A program made the translations under genes and the position numbers. This document shows, piece after piece, positions 55,858-64,000 of a DNA stretch of 64,000 bases. This stretch comes from Yuukianura sp. NJ FZ-2021 (Eukaryota). Position 1 is the first letter of the stretch; every line of letters starts with the position of its first letter. The notes under the pieces are model-generated. The model saw only the letters and a program-made list of their open reading frames with translations, was not told where the DNA came from and did not search any database. The stretch is taken from NCBI GenBank assembly GCA_046563655.1, contig JAJCTO010000010.1:434001-498000 (forward strand), in the 5' to 3' direction.

Positions 55858-58800
55858 CCATCCGGCTTCTTCTGGTACTCCCCATCGATTTGTGCCACCT
55901 TTAGGGATCGGATAGTGTACATTTTGGGTCGGGGACAATACACATGAGTGACCACCGCTCCAGCGGCTTCATCTTTGAATTTTCCAAGTACTTTTTTATT
56001 TGTCGGATCGTGAAACCTTCCAAATTGTGAATGATTCTCTGTATACTCGCTCATGTCGTAGAGATCCTTGCGTTGTAGCATGTCCTGATATACGTCATCC
56101 GTTTGAATCTGATAGATGAAGGAATCTAAAATAAAATAAAGTTACAAACTCGTAATACATCAATTAACACGTAAAGTAATTCATAAATAGGTAACATACG
56201 TGTATTAGTGTAAATCAGGCGGCAATTGTCGCCATATTATGCTTGCATTCCGGCGCTGTGATGTCGGTACATGACACTCTTAGCCAAGTCCAAGATGGTG
56301 ACTCCTGTGAATATTGGCTTGTTGAGTGTAACTTGTAGTCGTTTCATCATGAAAATACAAGTTGTCTCGTTGATTGGGATAACATTCTGAACCGTTGGCT
56401 TCTTGTTATAGTACAACGCCTTATCCATTGTTGTGACCACCCGAACGTTTTGACGCTTCCTGACTTGTTCGATAGTCTTCCCAAATGCCGAGTTGTTTAG
56501 CAGCTTCCAAAGTCTTTTGCAAAGTCGCTTGTTCATTTCAGTATTGAAGTCGATGAATTGTTTCATCCATAGACCTTGGACAAAGGAAATACCACGGTGG
56601 ACCTTTGTGACTTTGGCGCCCATTTTGAGGTACTCTTTGAGAACCTCTTGATGCAGAATATAGTTTTTCTTGTTGTTTAAATCTGCAACCAGCTTTTTGA
56701 CTTTAAAAAGTCCAGGTCCTGACTTGAGATCTTCCAAGAGTTGATGTTGATGGGCGGAGAGCTCTTCCATTGGAACAGTTCTTGTAACTGGGGCTGGAGG
56801 GTAATCATTCAATTTTTCATGAAGACTGGTATCAATCTCCAAGTCAACCTCCAGCATATAGCCAATGACTTTCTTCCTTTCTGTTTCGGCAACAAATTCG
56901 TCGATATTGCCGGAAATTTTCTGGATTTCTTCTTCTGAGAGCCACCGAAACTGTCCAAGGGGTAGCGCAAGACTCATGGCTTTACCATATAAATTATTTG
57001 CGTCGATGTAGAGAATATAATAGATTGGTTTGTCTGGATCGTATTCATCTCCCATATATGGATTGTTCGCGACCGCTTCCCGCCTGGAGCCAACGCTGAC
57101 ATAGCCGCCTCTGATTCCATGCTCAATCCAGCAATGCATTGTTGGGTCGGTGATCAAGTCTAGGACGACTCCTGATTTTTTGAGAACACAATCCATCGCC
57201 ATCATTGGTAGGAAAAAGTAATGGCCTAATTCTAAGCCGTAGCTGTCCATCATCAGCTTTCGAACTCCCTCCATGACATCTGCTAGAAGAGACACGTCAA
57301 GACGCACGTAGAGGTCATGCCACTCGCCCATGTTTTTAATTTTGAAGCTTTCCCACACCTCTTTTGCGTGATTGTAGACGGCGTCTTGATTTGGCGTTTC
57401 CGTCATGTCATTGAAGAATGCTTCTTTTGGAGATAAACTTGTAATGTCAAAATCTTGATATGACGTCATCAGTGAATACGGATAAGCGCCCTTCTTGAAG
57501 AGTAGGTCAATGTTGGCGCCATTCTCAACTTCACGCTGAAATTCCTGCCTTGTAATTTCAAATTTGGCGTTGGGGTCTTTGTGCATTACTTCAACAAGCT
57601 TGTCCAGTGATTTCAAAGTGAACCCGAGACTGTCTGTGAAGCGGAGCTTGTATTTCTCCCGTCGTCTCACGTTTTCTCGCGTGATCTCCTCCTCTACGTC
57701 TTCTTCCTCCCCCGAGCGTTCCGGTGCTACAGTGACACACAAATACTTCTCGCTGCTCTTTGGGATCACTTCAACGTGACTGATGATTTTATTTTCCGTA
57801 AGCTTTCCCATCGCCTGAATCAAGAAGTGCACATCGAAGAGCTTCTCACAAAAACAGCAGAAACAAGCAGTCTTTTTCTCATCCCCCTGTCTAGGTGTCA
57901 TGTTTCTTTCCAACATGTCAGGAGCAATTCGCTCATACTCGTCCACTTCTTCGCCCAATGTTTTGGAGAAACGAAGGATACTCTCCATGAAGTGTGCAGT
58001 AATGTCTTCATCATTTTCTGTAGCGTGATAGTATTCGCCATGACGGAGCTTCCCTTCAAAATCCACACAGACCCATGCATAGCCGCAGGGCTTGTGAGTA
58101 TGATACGATGGTTCTCTGTTGGCTTACTTTTGATCCCGGTAACATGTTCTTTACGTCTTCGACGCTCGTCTTCTTGCTCGGCTGAAGCATGAAATTTGGG
58201 CAGAAAGGCTTCAAAGTCAGCGTAGAATCGAAAAGGTACTGGCTGTGTTCTAGCCCACTTGTTAAAGTACAGCTCGTTTTCATTTTCTTTGGGGTAAGTG
58301 ACTTTCTGCAGACCAAGTGCAGCATAAAACGGTTTGTACAACTCCAGTGATTTTACCTCTCGAAAATTGGAGAGACAGTTTCGACAGATATGTCTAGTTT
58401 TGCAGTCATTTGGTGGTCGTATTAGAGCTTCGAGATTGCGAATTAAAATGAAGTGAGCGTTATTACCTTTCATGAGACACATTAAATCGACATGGATGTC
58501 CTTCGCTTGTTTTGAATTGTATAGGACGGAGATGTTGCTCTGGATATACTTGAAAAGCTCCAAGTCTTCCATTTTTGATTTCTTTTTCTCTCTTCTCTCT
58601 GGAGCAGATGGAACGTCCGTCATGTCATAACCAAACACAGCCACTGAAATACAGGGGTTAAGCGCTTCAAATTTTGAGATTTGCTCAAGAGTCATTGGAA
58701 AGTGAAGTCCATTGGTGTTGACTTTGTGAGCATGTGCAGCGTAGGTCTTCACTAGCTTATCAATTCTGCAACGATGTCTATTTGTTTGTGGTACTCCACC

Positions 58801-60720
58801 GATTGACTCATGTGCAAGTACTGACCAGAGGAAGCATTTGTTGTGAGAATTGGTGACTGTTACTTCACTGTTGTCGATATTGAGCAGTGACTTTTTGTGC
58901 TCGGACAGCGGAAACGGTGTCTCAATATAAGATCCCACTTTAGTAAACTAATACTTGGCTGTTACAATTTTGACCATTATTGACCAAACACGAGATAATG
59001 ACGCTGGCGTGAAGACAAGATGGCGATAAGAAGTGAAGCCTGCGTCCTTTGTTTCAATGCTGCCATCTGCGTGTGTCTTGGAGAAGCGACATTTCATGGA
59101 AAAGAAAACTCTCACATTCTTCCACTTTTAGTCTTCTGGAGACGCACGTCTACGACGTGCTGAAGAAGACTATTGATACGACTTTGTCCGTCCGTCTGTC
59201 ACCTTTTTTAGGATCCTTTCCACTGAAACATAAGCCCCATCGCAGTCGGGGGGTTATCTACGGCTCAAGTGTTTTTAGTAGGTCTACATTGCACTCAAAG
59301 TCTTACATTAACAACGTCAAAATATGCGGCTGCTTCGCGTTGCAGTTTCTTAATTCCTCAAAATTTTTGTATTAGGTCTGCATTGTACTCAAAATATTTT
59401 TAAATAACGATGTTTTGATCTTCTCATTTTCTGACATTATGTTTAGTTACGTTGTTAAATTAAGACTGACTAGAGGGTAGAAAATCCGGCTTAAATGATT
59501 ACTATGTGAATTGTGAATGACAAGGGTCAAATTTGCGTTTACTATACATTTCTATAATTTCGATTTTAAACAATCGATATTCGATACCTGCACCTCAACG
59601 CTCAATTTTGTGCATGATGCACACTTATGACTGCCAGAGATACATAAACGTTGAATTGTGCATTTTGATTTTGATTGTGAACCGATTTTGATTTTAAAGA
59701 AACGATATTTGACACCTGTCCTTCAACGTTCAATTTTGTGCATGCTACACGCTCATTGCACTTGAATGTAAAATTGTGCAGATATTTTGACGCTGGGTAA
59801 TGGACGTTGTTACGTCATAGGTGCTCAATTATTGTGCACCAAATAATTTTGAAGAGAGTGAAAATTGTGCAGAGTTTAATTTTTACCACATTTTCATGCA
59901 AACGGTTTTTTAATATTTTTTCCTATTGGACAATTTGTTGCAACTAATGCAGATAGTAGGACCTCATATCCGCCCTGACAATTTTAAGCGATGTTTTGTA
60001 TCATGGAATGCATGAAAACGGTTTCTCATCTATGTGTTCCACGGTTTTACGACCAGCCGATCTAAGTCGCATCAATTGTCAACTTCCTCCAGAAGACCTA
60101 TGCTCAACCCTTGAGCATTGCCCTACCTTGTTTGAGATCGTCTTCAATGTTATCAAAGGATGATTCTTGTACACAATTGAAAAAGTCCCGCTCATCGAAT
60201 CCGCTGCCGCACTGGAATTTCTCAAACTCTGCCGAGTACTTTGTACACATATTAAGGGAAGTAAGAATGGGTTTCACCAAAATTAGTTCCATAGCCGACG
60301 GCTGTATTCCTCCAGTTTGAACACTGTAAAAGTCTGGATGCACATTGTGGAAGTGTTCTTGCAGTTTATCTCTACAGTTGAATGACAAGCCACAAGGGGG
60401 ACACAGTAGTTCACGATATACTTGAAGGATTTCACGGTTCACTGGAAGAGAAGTTTGGTCTCCTGAAAATCTTGATCATGGCGTTCCATGAAATGGCGGT
60501 CCAACTCTTCTTGAGCGAAGAACACAGCAAAACATACTGGACACTCAATATCCGCCATTTTGCCACAAGGTAACTGACGAAAGTCATCGTCATGGCAACT
60601 AACATGTGCTGCCAAGTCTTTTTTCTTATAGAACTTTACGCCACAAATGGAGCACTCGTGATTCCTGACACAAATTTGTTTTGAAGAACCAGCCACTGGA
60701 GAAGCTGACCGCTTTGACAT
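55858..60720 (-). pseudogene. polB: Polinton C pPolB (three N-terminal C2H2 fingers 60720-60320; about 1-kb insertion; internal deletion; intron 56199-56126)
   Basis: GSYI.TP, KCFLWSVLA, YADFEA, KKGAYPY, GIRGG, DANNLYG and KLLNNSAFGKT. HPDFYSVQTGG parallels HPELF...VQVGG of polB-B. Confidence 0.85.
58985..59975. mobile_element. Probable DNA-transposon remnant inserted in polB-C
   Basis: Non-polB sequence with repeated ATTGTGCA/TTTGTGCA motifs, a ~70-bp imperfect direct repeat and a CATATCCGCCC end. Confidence 0.35.
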
Positions 60721-61599
60721 TTTGAATTTAATACTTTTGAATTTAGTTCGAAATTCGACTGTGTTGGAAGAAGGACAAGGTTGAACTGAGTCCCTTGTTT
60801 CAAGAACATTTTAAAAATAGAAAAATAATTTTGCATAGTTTTGTTCTGTTTTGTCAAATCGCCTCAGGTGTTGGAAATGTGAAGGGTTCACATTCCATTG
60901 TCAAATATTCGAAATTTTTCGAAAGATAATCCGGCAAAAGGTTCAGGTATGAAAGGGTTCACATTCCAAACACAGTTCTAAAAACTCGAGGACATTGAAC
61001 CCAGTCTGTTGCAAACTATAATTTAACGTAGGCCTTCAATAACTAACGTTCAAACTAAAACATTTTAGTTTAAGTTAGGGGGGGGGGGCTAAAATTAAGT
61101 GGAGGGTAAAAATTGTTTTCAGAGATCCTTTTTTGGTAGGCCAAAAATAAGTGGAGGGAAACTTTTTATCATTTTGAAGTTTTTTCCTCTCCCCAATACT
61201 GGGACCGACTAGCCCCCGCGGCTGAGCTATACCTAAGTGGAGCAAACTCACCCCCTTGCATTCTACTGAGACGCGTCCTGGATCGTCCTGGAGCCGAATT
61301 CTTTTGGAATCTAGACGGTCTCGTAGACCGTCTCGAAGACGAAGACCTATTCTTTTGGCGGGCTTCGGGAGGGTCTTGAGACAAAGTCTTGGCTAGACAA
61401 GCCAAAGACAGCAAATAGACCGGTTCAAATGAATAGCCGTATTCTGTTGCAGTCTATGAGACCAAAAATTAAGACTTTTTCGTAGCCTGCTCCGGAGCAC
61501 GCTAATTCATGGTCTTCGCTTTCAATTCTTGATCAGTTGTTTCTAAAACTTTGAAAAATTATACCTAGTAACAAGTACGTGCTGTATTATATCGCTGCC

Positions 61600-61800
61600 A
61601 ATACTTAGTGGTCAGTGCCTTATGGTCAGTGCCAACTATTAAGTACCTAATGGTCAGTGCTTACTATTCAGTGCCTACTAAACATTACTTAATCGTCAGT
61701 ACCTAATGGCCAGTGCCTCCTATTCAGTGGTTAGTGGTCAGTGGTGCCTGCTATTCAGTAAGTTGTCAGTGTCTACTATTGAGTCAGTGGACAGTGCATT
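61600..61800. repeat. Degenerate TGGTCAGTGCCTACTATTCAGT tandem repeat
   Basis: Recurrent (T)CAGTG motifs at about 12-15-bp spacing. Confidence 0.6.
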
Positions 61801-62501
61801 TGAACACCATTTCTCAAATGCTAGTATCTCTCTTGGACCACCCCGTCCCCGGCTGCTATACAGAATGAGCTAGTGAGTGAACACTGACGATTAACGCACA
61901 ACGCACCGATCCACTCTCTCGAACGTATCTGTCCCCCTCCCCCCCTCCATTGAACTAGGCCAGTGACACTCATCTGTCAATGTACAATGAGAGTTATCAA
62001 TAAATCTATCGTTCCGACGTAAAACAACACAACTCAAAAACCGTTGACGACTTGTGTTGCTAATTGAAAAAAGTAAACAAACATCAGCAAAATCGGCAAA
62101 AATTTCTATTATCGATTAAATTAGTGACTCAAAACTGTTGCAAATTGAGTGAAATTGAAAGTTATCACCGTGTGAAACAATTTGGATTTCGTGGCGAAAG
62201 AGACAGGTTCAGCTTTTGTATGTCGGTCTGTACCTCAGTTGTAAGTATCGTTTGATACTACTCGTAGGAATCGACTGATTTGTCAGTCTGACTAATGCGT
62301 TATAGCCAGCGTTCCTGAACGTGGCTTAATTGCCACTTCCACGGGATATCCAGTGGAAGAAATTGGTCCTACTGGACGGTGGATGGAAGAAATTAGCTGA
62401 GTTCAAATACTCAGCGCCAATTTCAAATAAATTTTAATTTCTTTGGAATAATTTAATTAATTATTTATACATCTTTTGATTGATTGGTTTTGTTATTAGA
62501 A

Positions 62502-63050
62502 GCGCAGTTAGTGCGCAGTTATTATGCGCAGTTTGTGCGCAGTCTGTGCGCAGTTCGTGCGCAATTAGTGCGCAGTTTGTGCGCAGTTTGTGCGCAGTTT
62601 GTGCGCAGTTTGTGCGCAGTTCATGCGCAGTTTGTGCACAGTTTGTACACAATTTGTGCGCAGTCAGTGCGCAGTTCGTGCGCAATTAGTGCGTAGTTTG
62701 TGCGCAGTTAGTGGGCAGTTTATGCCCAGTTTGCGCGCAGTATACGTGCAGTTAGTGCGCAGCTTATGCGCAGTTTGTGCGCAGTTAGTGCGCAATTCAT
62801 GCGCAGTTTGTGCGCAGTATACGTGCAGTTAGTGCGCAGTTCGTGCGCAATTAGAGCGCAGTTTGTGCGCAGTTAGTGCGCAGTTTGTGCGCAGTATACG
62901 TGCAGTTAGTGTGCAGTTTGTGCGCAGTATACGTGCAGTTAGTGCGCAGTTTGTGCGCAGTTTGTGCGCAGTTAGTGCGCAGTTTATGCGCAGTTTGTGC
63001 GCAGTATACGTGCAGTTAGTGCGCAGTTTATGCGCACTAACTGTGCGCAG
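62502..63050. repeat. 11-bp tandem repeat GCGCAGTTTGT (about 50 copies)
   Basis: Directly visible. Ends with an inverted unit and TTTCATCCAGGG, suggesting the subterminal array of a non-autonomous DNA transposon. Confidence 0.92.
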
Positions 63051-63132
63051 ATTTCATCCAGGGTTGGATATTAAGTGGATTATTAAGTGGATGAAAGTGG
63101 CATCCCAACCATTTTCGACGGCTAAGTGGCAT

Positions 63133-63404
63133 AGTAGCATGGTTGGTGTGTGCAAGAACGTAAAACGTTCTAGTTTCGAAAGTTGAGTCATCAAATTAAC
63201 TCAAACAAGAATGCAAGGTGAAGGTCCAAAGTATTTGGAAGTTGAGTCATAGAATTAGGTCGTTAATAAGTCATATAAGAAGGTTAAGTTCAATGATGGC
63301 ATTTTAATTTGGAAGTCTTATTTGGTACAAAGTCCGATCTGTTTTCAAAGACGAAGGTGACTCACACCTTACGTGCACACGCGTGAACAAAGTCCAAAAT
63401 CGTT
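63133..63404 (+). repeat. Second Polinton A-family terminus
   Basis: Starts AGTAGCATGGTTGG; close inverted match to 22686-22957 with scattered mismatches. Confidence 0.82.
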
Positions 63405-63473
63405 AGTATGATAATATCAGCTAAGAACGTAAAAAGTTCTTAAATCGTTTGGTGAGTCACACATTTAACTCAT

Positions 63474-64000
63474 TGTGGGGGTTATTCCCCACAAACCACT
63501 ATAGCCACTTTGGTTCCCTTTCCCCTCTTCTCCCCCTTCGTCCTTCCAGTAGCAGCACAACAACAACTCCACGTCTTCACCACCAAAACCACTCTCCAAC
63601 CAATTAGACACAACCAAAGTTGCATCAGCCATCCACTCGTCTCGTCATCGTCACTGCAGTCCACTCCTGTCCACAACACAGTCTCTCCCTACTCGTCACT
63701 CTGCCCGGATCTTGTCCCGTCTCTCTCTCCACGTCTCCTCCATCTTGGATTGGCCACTGGACCACGCCGGAACTACTGTTGTGACACGGACTGACCTCTA
63801 CAAGCCCCACCGGACCAGTACCTGGTCAATCCTGCACAGGACCGAGCCCCACCAACCTCTACACTTCACCAATTCAACATTTGGCCCTCATTAGACCGCA
63901 AACTCTATCCTAATTACTGTAAATAAAGTTCATTGTCCATTTACAGCCATTGTCGTGACCTCTGCCCCACTTTATTGTTCGAGTGGCCTGTGTGCCAGTC
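63474..64000 (+). mobile_element. Possible LTR (incomplete)
   Basis: Abrupt TGT start, C-rich composition and AATAAA near 63922. No partner LTR in the window. Confidence 0.35.

Larger units (their letters stand above)
23935..56532. repeat. Right arm of giant inverted duplication (interrupted by Polinton B at 35621-55851)
   Basis: Mirror of 8764-21272. Confidence 0.93.

Noticed and set aside
8751..56532. The giant inverted repeat as the TIRs of one huge transposon
   Set aside because: The outer ends fall inside polB-C coding sequence with no terminal motif or TSD.
60860..61490. Terminus of Polinton C upstream of its polB
   Set aside because: Short repeats (GGGTTCACATTCCA, AAGTGGAGGG) are present, but no partner TIR or TSD is visible to fix a boundary.
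22957..63133. Termini at 22957 and 63133 as two ends of one element
   Set aside because: They face away from each other and the flanks (GTCATT vs TGGCAT) are not a TSD.
62461..63186. Cys/Ala-rich ORFs in the 11-bp repeat, and ORFs at 22899-23774 and 31789-32213
   Set aside because: They are translation by-products of tandem repeats.

Overview
This is eukaryotic DNA with GT-AG introns, probably invertebrate. It is built almost entirely from nested mobile elements and has no recognisable host gene. (1) 1-8244: a spliced PIF/Harbinger-ISL2EU-like DDE+SWIM transposase gene, interrupted in exon 3 by a very young Mag-like Ty3/Gypsy element (842-5536; 198-bp LTRs identical by eye, ACACT TSD). A LINE endonuclease fragment follows. 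(2) Three Polinton/Maverick (adintovirus-like) families, here called A, B and C. Family A and the 3' end of family C polB form a giant inverted duplication. The left arm is about 8751-21272, the right arm is 23935-56532, and the 2.7-kb spacer holds an intron-containing IAP gene, the A terminus and a foldback element. A full-length 20.2-kb Polinton B (35621-55851, AGTA...TACT ends, CATTCA/AATTCA TSD) sits inside polB-C in the right arm only. (3) The last 3.5 kb holds tandem repeats, a second A-family terminus and a probable LTR. The most unusual observations are: paired, intact, three-exon G-patch genes at both ends of Polinton B; spliceosomal introns in Polinton polB and accessory genes, including one inside the DTD catalytic motif; a hairpin-TTTT-B-box module conserved upstream of polB in A and B; and ubiquitin-pathway cargo (IAP, F-box/LRR, RING-H2 with SIM-like tail). 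All comparisons were made by eye, and single-base frameshifts in homopolymers may be sequencing errors.
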